Of a stretch of DNA of 41,629 bases, positions 18,844-27,316 are shown piece by piece (the stretch's first letter is position 1; the number at the start of each line of letters is the position of its first letter). Both the position numbers and the translations under genes were made by a program. Origin of the DNA: a virus (lineage: Duplodnaviria; Caudoviricetes); IMG/VR virus record IMGVR_UViG_3300020045_012448, positions 1-41,629 of that record, one strand, 5' to 3'. Under the pieces are notes generated by a model. It had not been told where the DNA came from and did not search any database. It saw only the letters and a list, made by a program, of their open reading frames with translations.

Positions 18844-20190
18844 ATGCTCAAACTTAAAGAAATACTCGCTAAAGAGGCGAAGGATTTAAACGATGACGAA
18901 AAGGCGTTCCTTAAAGAACACGCCGCAGAAATAACGGAGGCGGCCGATAAGGAGAAATTTAAAGAATTCATCGGTACGTCTGCCGATGATGGACTGGATG
19001 TAGACAGCATCAAGGCATTACTTGCGGCGCATGCAAAAGAAGCGATTGCTGCCGCGAATGATGAGGAAAAAAAGGCGCTTTTTGCCAAAAAAGCTGACGA
19101 AATTGCGGAAGAAATTGCTCAAAAATTCGTTAAAGGCGTGGAAGATTCCCGCAAAAAGGCGATGGATGCTGGAATTAAGCATGACGAAAAAGGACAAGAT
19201 GTCACGCGTAAATTCTTCAAGGCATTTTTAGCAAATGATTTTGCTTCATGCAAAGCGTTGACCACGGACGCGAACGGTGTCGCCCCTGATGACACCAGAG
19301 CAGGACTCCTGATTCCGCAGGAACTCATGAATGAGGTTCTGCGTATCGCAGAAAAGCAGTATGGTCTTGCCAGAAGGGATTTTCTTTATCTTCCATTCAG
19401 TGGCCCCGGAAACGAAAGACAAATTCCGACGCTCGGAACCAGTGTTCGAACATTCTGGGTGGGGGAAAAACAGAAAATCAGCTCAACGCAGCCTAAGTTT
19501 GGCATTGTTACGCAGACCCTAAAGAAACTCGGCGCAATGGTTCCGCTGACCTCCGAAATTCTTGAGGATAGCCTTGTCGATATCAACGGATTGCTCGGCG
19601 AACTCTTCGCGGAAGCAATCGCAAAAGAAGAAGATATCCAGTTCTTTGCCGGAACAGGTTTCCCGTGGACTGGCCTTCTGTATAATCAGACACTGAATCA
19701 GGTAATCCAGAACGGATCAGCGGCGCAGATTAACGTGGATGAGCTAATCAGATTGGAGGATGCGACGTCGACAGGCGCGCTGGCAGGGGCAAAATACTAC
19801 ATGCACCGCACCGTCCTTTCAGCTCTTCGCCAGCTAAAAGACAAAAATGGCAGATATATTCTCGTTGATGCTGCGAATGGATTCCCCGCAACGCTGAATA
19901 ATAGGCCCTATGAGACTAGCGATGCATTCCCGGAACTCTCCACGGTGAGACAGGGCGATCCGTATATCCTTTTTGGAAACTTGAAAAAGACGGCAGCGTT
20001 TGGCGATAAGCAGCAAATTAGAATCAAACTGCTTGACCAGGCGACCATCACGGACACGGATGACTCAACGCAAATAAACCTCGCCGAACAAGATTGTGTT
20101 GCGCTCCGCGTGATTGAACGCGTCGGTTATGTCGTTACTCTCGGAAAGTCGTCATCGGTTCTGGTTGCGGGTGCACCATCATCCCCGTAA
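18844..20190 (+). CDS. HK97-fold major capsid protein with N-terminal delta domain
   Basis: GLLIPQE, WVGEK, KKLGAMVPLTSEILEDS, FFAGTG, LKDKNGRYI. Start moved to the ATG at 18844. Confidence 0.93.
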   Translation: MLKLKEILAKEAKDLNDDEKAFLKEHAAEITEAADKEKFKEFIGTSADDGLDVDSIKALLAAHAKEAIAAANDEEKKALFAKKADEIAEEIAQKFVKGVEDSRKKAMDAGIKHDEKGQDVTRKFFKAFLANDFASCKALTTDANGVAPDDTRAGLLIPQELMNEVLRIAEKQYGLARRDFLYLPFSGPGNERQIPTLGTSVRTFWVGEKQKISSTQPKFGIVTQTLKKLGAMVPLTSEILEDSLVDINGLLGELFAEAIAKEEDIQFFAGTGFPWTGLLYNQTLNQVIQNGSAAQINVDELIRLEDATSTGALAGAKYYMHRTVLSALRQLKDKNGRYILVDAANGFPATLNNRPYETSDAFPELSTVRQGDPYILFGNLKKTAAFGDKQQIRIKLLDQATITDTDDSTQINLAEQDCVALRVIERVGYVVTLGKSSSVLVAGAPSSP

Positions 20191-20230
20191 TTCACGAGAT
20201 AGCAAATTCTTTGTACTCTTCTGGGAAGGG

Positions 20231-20263
20231 GCGGCCCGGAATTTGGTTAGGATTCCGGGCCGC
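20231..20263 (+). terminator. GC-rich hairpin after the capsid gene
   Basis: GCGGCCCGGAAT / ATTCCGGGCCGC 12-bp stem with a weak U-tract. Confidence 0.6.
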
Positions 20264-20293
20264 GAACCATTATTCATCTTTTAAGAATCAATC

Positions 20294-20803
20294 ATGGCAG
20301 CAACAGTAGAAATCGATGAAAGTAACGGCGCTGGCGAAACTTTGACCCATAACATCACGAACACAAATATGGGTTCAGCGGATGCGGTCAATCTTGATCC
20401 GGTCGCATATCCGGTTACGCCCGGAGATCGCACCTACATCAAATATCAAAAAATTCATGTCACCAATATTGGAACATCTTCAAAAATTGATAATTTGAAG
20501 GTTTGGCGTACGGGTGCGCTGGGTACTGGCGGAACGCAGACGCATATTACGAATGCCAGGTCAACCTCTTATGGCGGCGCGCTTGCTTATGCAACGCCCG
20601 TGGCAACCGCAGTTACGGGAGTTGATCAGACTATGCCTACGTCCGTGCCGGCCACGGCAAATCTCGGTATCGGTGGAAGTTTGTCCGGAAGTCTTACAGC
20701 CGCAGGATCGTCTGATTATCTCGGACATCAGATTACAACGGATGCGTCCGCAACAGCTGGTTCAACGTCAACGATGAATTATCAATACGATGAAACTGCA
20801 TAA
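20294..20803 (+). CDS. Virion structural protein (head decoration or fibre-associated)
   Basis: T/G/A-rich 169-aa beta protein directly after the major capsid gene. Confidence 0.6.
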   Translation: MAATVEIDESNGAGETLTHNITNTNMGSADAVNLDPVAYPVTPGDRTYIKYQKIHVTNIGTSSKIDNLKVWRTGALGTGGTQTHITNARSTSYGGALAYATPVATAVTGVDQTMPTSVPATANLGIGGSLSGSLTAAGSSDYLGHQITTDASATAGSTSTMNYQYDETA

Positions 20804-20852
20804 ATCGCCCTAGAAAAGCAATAAACAAAGGATTTTTTATCAAATAATTCCC

Positions 20853-21083
20853 ATGCCAAAACTTCAAGAAGCAAAAAAAGTTTATCCACATAATTGCGGC
20901 CAATGCGGTGGAGGTTTCGAAACAGAAGCCGCTTATTTGGAACACATTTGCAATTCAACGGGGTATAAGCCGACTGATCCGGAACATCATGGCGAGGAAG
21001 GCAAAGCCATCTCTGAAGCCGCCTTAAAGCGTGGTGAGAAACGCAAAGGCGAAGAAGTTCATCCGGCAGATGCCGCAAAATAG
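20853..21083 (+). CDS. Small C2H2/C2HC-type zinc-finger protein
   Basis: HNCGQCGGGFETEAAYLEHIC: CxxC, F and LxH spacing of a classical finger. Confidence 0.65.
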   Translation: MPKLQEAKKVYPHNCGQCGGGFETEAAYLEHICNSTGYKPTDPEHHGEEGKAISEAALKRGEKRKGEEVHPADAAK

Positions 21084-21163
21084 AAAGAAAATAGAAAATC
21101 AGGGAGGCCAATTCAATGGCTTCAAGCCAAGCAAATCAATGCCGAGCGATAAAAAATTATCTT

Positions 21164-21194
21164 AAATATCTCGGCCTAAAAACCGAGATATTTT
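21164..21194 (+). terminator. Terminator-like hairpin, part of a putative attenuator
   Basis: AAATATCTCGG / CCGAGATATTT 11-bp stem. Confidence 0.55.
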
Positions 21195-21216
21195 CATATC
21201 ACTAACCGCAAAAATT

Positions 21217-21645
21217 ATGGATTATTTTCTTCACGAGGTCGGCCCGGACGGGCAAGAGGTTCTTAAAAAGGCAATCCCAGAACGCTGGGTGTGGGGCGTA
21301 CTTTATGAAGATGCCACGGAGCTTCATCAGTTTGGCGATGATGGTATCTTTCATCAGATTAAAGATATTCAGCATGAACGGATCAAAATGGCTGGACTTT
21401 ATAAATTTGATGATCCAGATAAAAAGATTCTGATTCCGTGGAAAGACGGTATGAAATTCATTCATAAATACCTCAATGTGCATAGCGCCGAGCAGCATCC
21501 GGATAATTTCAACGACACTTCGCGCGTTTATGTATTCGGATATAAATCTGGAAATCAGCATCACTACACATATGTTCTTCCAAATGATTGGATGATTTTT
21601 TCAAATGAAGAAAATATTGACCTGACCAAATTCCCGCTTAAATAA
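21217..21645 (+). CDS. Hypothetical phage protein
   Basis: 142-aa globular ORF (ERWVWGVLYED...LHQF...YVFGYK). Confidence 0.7.
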   Translation: MDYFLHEVGPDGQEVLKKAIPERWVWGVLYEDATELHQFGDDGIFHQIKDIQHERIKMAGLYKFDDPDKKILIPWKDGMKFIHKYLNVHSAEQHPDNFNDTSRVYVFGYKSGNQHHYTYVLPNDWMIFSNEENIDLTKFPLK

Positions 21646-21654
21646 ACAAAATGA

Positions 21655-23601
21655 ATGGCTAATTTAATAGATTCATACAGCGAAGCAAACTATAATAGTG
21701 ATTCAGATATTTTCGGGGCTGCGTCAGGATATTGGGGGCAAAGTTTCACGGTGGGTGCTTCGGATATCACACTTGATTCATGCAAATTTTATCTTACGAA
21801 AGCAGGCAGCCCGACCGGGAATATGGTTGCTAAACTTTATGCGCATACCGGCACTTATGGAACAAGCAGCAATAAGACAGGTGCTGTTTTGGCTACGAGC
21901 AATACAGTGTCGGTAGCGGATATTGCTACTTACCCATCCCATACTTTACAAGCCTTCACTTTTTCCGGTGCAAATAGGGTAACATTAGCCGCTGCCACTC
22001 ATTATTGTATAGAAATTGATTTTGAAGGTGAAGCAGCTCCGACAAATTATTTATATGTAGGCGTAGACACGTCTAGTCCAACCCATGGCGGGAATGCGTA
22101 TTCTGGGGCCGGATATTATTCTACGCGGGATGTTTGTTTTTATGTTTACGGGGTTTTGCCCCCATCGCAAGTTTCCATCACAAAATCGCTGAAATATTGT
22201 TTAAAAACGACGCCATCAGCAATCACGAAAGGACTGATTTATAAAATCAAAGCTCCTCATTCTGCCGCCACGAAATCGCTGAAATTTACGGTGAAAGCAC
22301 CTGCCACGGCTATTCAAAAATCGCTCAAATATACTGCGAAAATCACACCTACCGCGAAAACAAAGAGTCTAAAATATGATATTTATCTCGGCCATTTTTC
22401 GGCGACAAAAACTTTGCATTTTGCAGTTCGGAAAAACATTACAGCGACAAAATCGCTCAAGTTCACCGTGCGTGTTGTGCATTCTGCAATTCAGAAATCT
22501 TTGCATTTTGCGATAAAACCATCAAGCGCGAAGACCGCGAGCCTAAAATACTGCATAAAAATTCCTGCTTCCGCAAAGACCAAGGGGTTAATTTATCGCA
22601 TTAAAAAGCCACAGACGGCAAAACAATTGTCTTTGCGTTACGCGATGCGTCCGGCTGTTAGCATTTCAAAAAGCTTGAAATTCACAGTTAGAAAAACCGT
22701 TTCAGCCATTCAGAAAAATTTGCGGTATTCAATAAGGCCAGCAGTGGGCATTCAGAAATCTTTGAAATATTGCATAAAGCTCACACCATCCGCGCTGCAA
22801 AAGACATTGAGATTTACGATTTATCTTGGGACAGCGACGGTCGGTAAACAATTGAAGTTTGAGATTTTGAACGCGAAACAAATCACGAAGGCGCTGAAAT
22901 ATGAAATCCAGACGCAAACTCAAATTGACATTCAGAAGTCCTTGCGATATTTGGTGAAAGGAAATTTGTCTGTTCAAAAATCGCTTATCTATGACATTAA
23001 AGCCTCAAGAAATATTTCTAAGGGATTGGCCTTTACTGTCCGGATTTCTCCGTCCGCGATTGGAAAAGATCTAAAATTTGAAATCAAAATTTCACAACTG
23101 CCGCTAACGAAAAACTTGAGATATGCGGTAAAAACCCCCAAATCTGCAATTCAGGAGGAACTAAAATTCGCCGTAAAAACTAATCATCAAATAGCAAAAG
23201 ATCTTAGATATAAAATCGGAACAGGCAAGTCAGCGCAAAAAGAACTCGTTTATCATATTCGCAAACATTCATGCGCCACAAAGTCGCTTTCTTATAGGAT
23301 ATTTAAGGCGATTTCCCATCAAAAAAGTTTACATTATTCAGTAAAAATAAATTCCGGCGCGCAAAAAACGCTTCAATATGAGATAAAAAGAAGTCATCAG
23401 ATACAGAAATCGTTACAATATCGGTTGCGGTTTTTTCGTGAAATTGTAATCCAGAAAAATTTAAAATTCACCATAAAATCGCAGAGGGTATCGGTGAAAT
23501 CGCTTCAATATGTGGTGAGAATTTATCCATATAAAAAGAAGCCAATCACTCCATATACGCCAAAAGTGAAGCCGTACAAGTCGCTCATTCACACACCATA
23601 A
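21655..23601 (+). CDS. Fibre-like protein: N-terminal beta-sandwich plus ~31 basic 14-16-aa repeats
   Basis: GQSFT...FYLTKAGSP...TLAAATHYCI head domain followed by xxK(S/x)LxY/Fx(I/V)K/R repeats. Confidence 0.75.
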   Translation: MANLIDSYSEANYNSDSDIFGAASGYWGQSFTVGASDITLDSCKFYLTKAGSPTGNMVAKLYAHTGTYGTSSNKTGAVLATSNTVSVADIATYPSHTLQAFTFSGANRVTLAAATHYCIEIDFEGEAAPTNYLYVGVDTSSPTHGGNAYSGAGYYSTRDVCFYVYGVLPPSQVSITKSLKYCLKTTPSAITKGLIYKIKAPHSAATKSLKFTVKAPATAIQKSLKYTAKITPTAKTKSLKYDIYLGHFSATKTLHFAVRKNITATKSLKFTVRVVHSAIQKSLHFAIKPSSAKTASLKYCIKIPASAKTKGLIYRIKKPQTAKQLSLRYAMRPAVSISKSLKFTVRKTVSAIQKNLRYSIRPAVGIQKSLKYCIKLTPSALQKTLRFTIYLGTATVGKQLKFEILNAKQITKALKYEIQTQTQIDIQKSLRYLVKGNLSVQKSLIYDIKASRNISKGLAFTVRISPSAIGKDLKFEIKISQLPLTKNLRYAVKTPKSAIQEELKFAVKTNHQIAKDLRYKIGTGKSAQKELVYHIRKHSCATKSLSYRIFKAISHQKSLHYSVKINSGAQKTLQYEIKRSHQIQKSLQYRLRFFREIVIQKNLKFTIKSQRVSVKSLQYVVRIYPYKKKPITPYTPKVKPYKSLIHTP

Positions 23602-23625
23602 AAAAAGTTCTATAATCAAAATAAG

Positions 23626-24225
23626 ATGACCCCAAAAGGCTACACAACAAGGCAAGATATACAGAATTATTTACTGATAGATGTTGATCCGAGTTTTTAC
23701 GCGCAGGTGAATGATTGGATTTGTGAAATTGAAAGATATATCGACCAGCAGACAGGACGGAATTTCGTAGCAGATACGGTGGCTTCGGCGCGATATTATG
23801 ATGGGGATAATTCATCTTCTCTTCTGATTCAAGATGCCGTTGAAGTGACCGAGCTGAATATCGGAGGAACAATAATGAGCAAAGACACTGATCCAGTTTT
23901 AGCTGATGGCGATTATGTGACATATCCTTTTAATGACTTGCCGATAACGAAAATCCAATTGCGGGGTTCCATTTTTCCAGCCGCGCCAATGCAGTGCGTC
24001 AAAGTTACGGCAAAATGGGGATATAGTGCGCTTGTGCCTGCAGATATTAAGCAGGCCGCGACCGTGCTTGTCGCTGGCATCATCAATTATTCATGGAAAT
24101 CTGAAGGGGAAATTCAGCAAGAAACAGTAGGCGCTTATTCCGTGACGTATAAAACGAAAAGAGAGTGGCAAGATTTTGAGCGTGCAGAGGAAATTCTGGA
24201 TACGTACCGAAAAATGACATTTTAA
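23626..24225 (+). CDS. Head-tail adaptor (gp6/gp15-like)
   Basis: YTTRQDI, YIDQQTGRNF, VTAKWGY, VPADIKQA, ETVGAYSVTY. Confidence 0.82.
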   Translation: MTPKGYTTRQDIQNYLLIDVDPSFYAQVNDWICEIERYIDQQTGRNFVADTVASARYYDGDNSSSLLIQDAVEVTELNIGGTIMSKDTDPVLADGDYVTYPFNDLPITKIQLRGSIFPAAPMQCVKVTAKWGYSALVPADIKQAATVLVAGIINYSWKSEGEIQQETVGAYSVTYKTKREWQDFERAEEILDTYRKMTF

Positions 24226-24234
24226 TTTCTCGCG

Positions 24235-24546
24235 ATGCTTCAATCACATTATAACAAGACGGTCATAGTGAAGAGGCTGCGGGATGACAGCGGTAACACG
24301 GAAATTTATGACGTTCATCTCGCGGCAGTTCCCTGTTTAATTCAGCCACTTGATGATTCTTTTACCCAGGATATTGAAGGCAATTTCGGGGAAGAGTCGC
24401 TGATGATTTGCGATCCGTGCGATATTCTGGAAGGCGATTTAATTATTGATGGAGCCAGCAAATATCGGGTTGTCGGCTGCAAGGTGAATGAGTTTTTGGA
24501 GCAATCGCACCATATGGAATTACGAATTCGTATATCGCAAAAATGA
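24235..24546 (+). CDS. Head closure/stopper protein
   Basis: Size, position and the DILEGDLI...YRV...HHMEL motif. Confidence 0.7.
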   Translation: MLQSHYNKTVIVKRLRDDSGNTEIYDVHLAAVPCLIQPLDDSFTQDIEGNFGEESLMICDPCDILEGDLIIDGASKYRVVGCKVNEFLEQSHHMELRIRISQK

Positions 24547-24983
24547 TTTCAATTCAAATTACATCGCCCGGATTAGATAGATTGCGCGAGGCTCTAAAAA
24601 GAACACCGGAAAAAGTATTGACCGAAATTGAAGTTGCGATGAAAAAATCCGGGACATTAATTACGAATACAGCCATAAAAGAAGCGCCGGTAAATAAATT
24701 ATCCGGTGGCGGGCAACTCCGGCAAAATATCAGGCCGCATCTTTTGAGCAAAACTCATCTTGAAGTGGTTTCAGAGGTTCCATATTCGCATTTCGTTGAG
24801 GAGGGAACTGGAATTTATGCCGGCCATACAAAGTTTTTAGGCAAGATTCCAGGCGTCGGTTGGCGCTGGATAAAAGGCATGAAAGCGAATCCGTTTATGC
24901 GTAGAACTTACGACAAAACAAAGGATAAAATCAGTGACTTCTTCCGGCAGGCATTGCGGAATGTTTTTGATTCGTTAAAATAA
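24543..24983 (+). CDS. HK97 gp10-like neck protein
   Basis: APVNKLSGGGQLRQNI, YSHFVEEGT, KANPFM. Confidence 0.85.
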   Translation: MISIQITSPGLDRLREALKRTPEKVLTEIEVAMKKSGTLITNTAIKEAPVNKLSGGGQLRQNIRPHLLSKTHLEVVSEVPYSHFVEEGTGIYAGHTKFLGKIPGVGWRWIKGMKANPFMRRTYDKTKDKISDFFRQALRNVFDSLK

Positions 24984-24987
24984 GCAT

Positions 24988-25425
24988 ATGGCAGATACGC
25001 TCACATCAATTATTCCATTGATCGTCGCAAAAGTTGCAGCGCTTAAAAATGGCACAGCTCCGATTTTTGTTTCTGTTCTTGACCATGCAGATGGGGATTT
25101 TACCGGATTTCCGGCAGCCTGCATTTACGAAACTGGCGGCGATGGTTCCGTTGCCGACACGCACCGAAATTTGCGCACGTTCAAGTATACGATCAAATTA
25201 TATCAAGAGCAGAGCAAGGCAGGTAAAAGCAAGGCTGCGGCTGCCGCAATAATGCGTGACGCGGTTGACCGAATTCTCACCGCTTTTGATACTGACCGCG
25301 ATCTGGCTGGGGAGGTGGGGACGGTGCGCGTGCTTGATTTTGATACAAATTTCCAAGTGGCATCCGGAACTTTCAATTTTGCCGAAATCCGGTTGTCCGC
25401 AGTTGTACTTGTGCAGAGTTATTGA
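24988..25425 (+). CDS. Tail terminator protein
   Basis: Position before the tail tube; FPAACI motif; 145 aa. Confidence 0.65.
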   Translation: MADTLTSIIPLIVAKVAALKNGTAPIFVSVLDHADGDFTGFPAACIYETGGDGSVADTHRNLRTFKYTIKLYQEQSKAGKSKAAAAAIMRDAVDRILTAFDTDRDLAGEVGTVRVLDFDTNFQVASGTFNFAEIRLSAVVLVQSY

Positions 25426-25449
25426 CGGGGATATAATCGCGGCAGAGAT

Positions 25450-25626
25450 ATGGCCAAATTTAAAAATATTTCAGGTAAAGATTTAAGTGTTCCGGGAGTC
25501 GGAATAATTGAGGCTGGGCAAATTAGAGAAATGCCTGAAGGATTTCACAATGCTAATTTTGTGGAAATTCCAAATAGCACTGCGCGCCGACTTGAAGCGC
25601 AAAAAATAGATTCCATTAATGAATAA
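25450..25626 (+). CDS. Small virion-module protein, 58 aa (not in the ORF track)
   Basis: MAKFKNISGKDLSVPGVGIIEAGQIREMPEGFHNANFVEI... fills the gap, with TATAAT 12 nt upstream. Confidence 0.7.
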   Translation: MAKFKNISGKDLSVPGVGIIEAGQIREMPEGFHNANFVEIPNSTARRLEAQKIDSINE

Positions 25627-25631
25627 AAACC

Positions 25632-26825
25632 ATGACAGCTTTTTCCGATAAATCATATTTGGCAATTAAGGCGCAAAGCGTAGCGACGACGCCAGTTATT
25701 GCGACGCATTTTGTTCCGCTTATTTCAGAAAGTATCCGCGAAAACCCGAATTTTGCAGCGGATAGGCGCATGAAAGGTCTTGCGTGGAAGTCGGACGAAC
25801 TGTTGAAAGGCCCAAAACAGTGGGAAGGAAGCCTTGAAATCTATGCTGATCCAGATTCTCTTGGTCATTTTTTGAATATGATTTATGCAAAGGGCACGAC
25901 AACCGGTGATGCTGCAAATGGATATACTCATCCATTCACCGTTGGCGACGGCAAATCTTATTCAATTGAAATTCCGCGCGGTATTTATGCAGAACGTCTG
26001 TATGGCGTTCGCGGAAGCAATCTCAAATTCTCTTTTGAGGATAACAAAATGAAATTATCTCTGACTATTAAAGCTCTCGGAAAATTCTATACGCGATCAC
26101 TAGCGGTAGCGCTCACGGGCGCGGGCATGACAACAGCTGTTTTAAGCACGGAATCGGGACTGCGTCCGTGCGATGGTCTTTGCGTCGGCGACGTTATGAA
26201 TGTTGGCGGAGTTGATGTCACAATTTTAACCGTCCCAGCTGGTGGTACAAGCTTTACATTTGCGAGTACCGCAATTACGGCCGCAATCGGCGATCCTGTT
26301 TATCTGAAAGCGCAAACTCCATCGTTTACGAATCTCAAAGAGCCTTTTTATTTCGGCGAAACTCTTGTCGGCATGGCAGCAACATCCGCACTTGCTGATA
26401 CAGCGGCCGCATCGCGCGCAACCGCCACGCCATGCGCAGAAGTCGGCTTAGAATTGGATAACGCATTGGATGCGGAACCGGGGTCAGGTTATGCCGGGCC
26501 GTCCGTTCTATTGAACGGCGTTTATAGCGCATCCTTGAATCTCAAGCGTCTGTTTTCCACACCGCAGGATTATCAAAAATGGGTTGAGATTGTAAAACAG
26601 GCGGTAACAATCATCAGCACTGGGCGCTACATTAAGACAGATTTGACCACATCCGAATTGCTGACAATCAAGATGAACAAGATCAAATTGCTGACGCATG
26701 AAGAACCTCTGGAGGTCGGGAATTATATATATGACAATCAGACATTTGAAGTTTTACATGATGCTGGCGATGGCGCGGCAATCGCCATTTCTCTTATAAA
26801 TAGATCTCCTTCAACCGATTATTAA
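25632..26825 (+). CDS. Major tail tube protein with an inserted beta domain
   Basis: Position before the chaperone and tape measure; YTHPFT, SYSIE and ELDNAL motifs. Confidence 0.8.
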   Translation: MTAFSDKSYLAIKAQSVATTPVIATHFVPLISESIRENPNFAADRRMKGLAWKSDELLKGPKQWEGSLEIYADPDSLGHFLNMIYAKGTTTGDAANGYTHPFTVGDGKSYSIEIPRGIYAERLYGVRGSNLKFSFEDNKMKLSLTIKALGKFYTRSLAVALTGAGMTTAVLSTESGLRPCDGLCVGDVMNVGGVDVTILTVPAGGTSFTFASTAITAAIGDPVYLKAQTPSFTNLKEPFYFGETLVGMAATSALADTAAASRATATPCAEVGLELDNALDAEPGSGYAGPSVLLNGVYSASLNLKRLFSTPQDYQKWVEIVKQAVTIISTGRYIKTDLTTSELLTIKMNKIKLLTHEEPLEVGNYIYDNQTFEVLHDAGDGAAIAISLINRSPSTDY

Positions 26826-26837
26826 TCTAACAAAAAA

Positions 26838-27185
26838 ATGGAAGCTCCAACGATTGAGTTAATTACGCCGGATGCGCAAATAAAGGTTGTTATTCGTGAG
26901 TGGATAACAGGCCGCATGTTCGAGTATACGCAAGAGCCGCTTTATTCAGCCACAAATCTTCAACAGGTCGGTGACGGATTTGAGATGAAAAGTTTTGACA
27001 CCAAGAGCGCAGTTGTTACCGTAGCGCACAGGCAAATGGAGGCATTTGTTGTTTCTGTGGGGACGGAAACTGATCCAAAAAAATGTGTTGAAGCAATTCT
27101 GGACATGAGTAAGACGGATTACCTTTTGATTTCGGATAAAATCGCGGAGTTAAATAAGCCGGATAAAAAAAAATTACAAGCCTGA
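26838..27185 (+). CDS. Tail assembly chaperone (gpG-like)
   Basis: Lies between tail tube and tape measure and ends at an A9 slippery run. Confidence 0.8.
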   Translation: MEAPTIELITPDAQIKVVIREWITGRMFEYTQEPLYSATNLQQVGDGFEMKSFDTKSAVVTVAHRQMEAFVVSVGTETDPKKCVEAILDMSKTDYLLISDKIAELNKPDKKKLQA

Positions 27186-27316
27186 AATATCTGCAGGCAT
27201 TCCGAATTTGCAAACTCATGGGCTGGGATTGGTACACATACCAGTCGCAGCCCATTGACTTTATAAGGGCTATCCTTCACTGGAACGAAAAAGATAATAA
27301 GCAAAAAAATGTCTGA
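27173..27316 (+). CDS. -1 frameshift extension of the tail chaperone (gpGT-like)
   Basis: After GAT AAA AAA AAA, the -1 frame reads ITSLKYLQAFRICKLMGWDWYTYQSQPIDFIRAIL...NV*, ending across the tape measure start. Confidence 0.8.
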   Translation: MTSLKYLQAFRICKLMGWDWYTYQSQPIDFIRAILHWNEKDNKQKNV

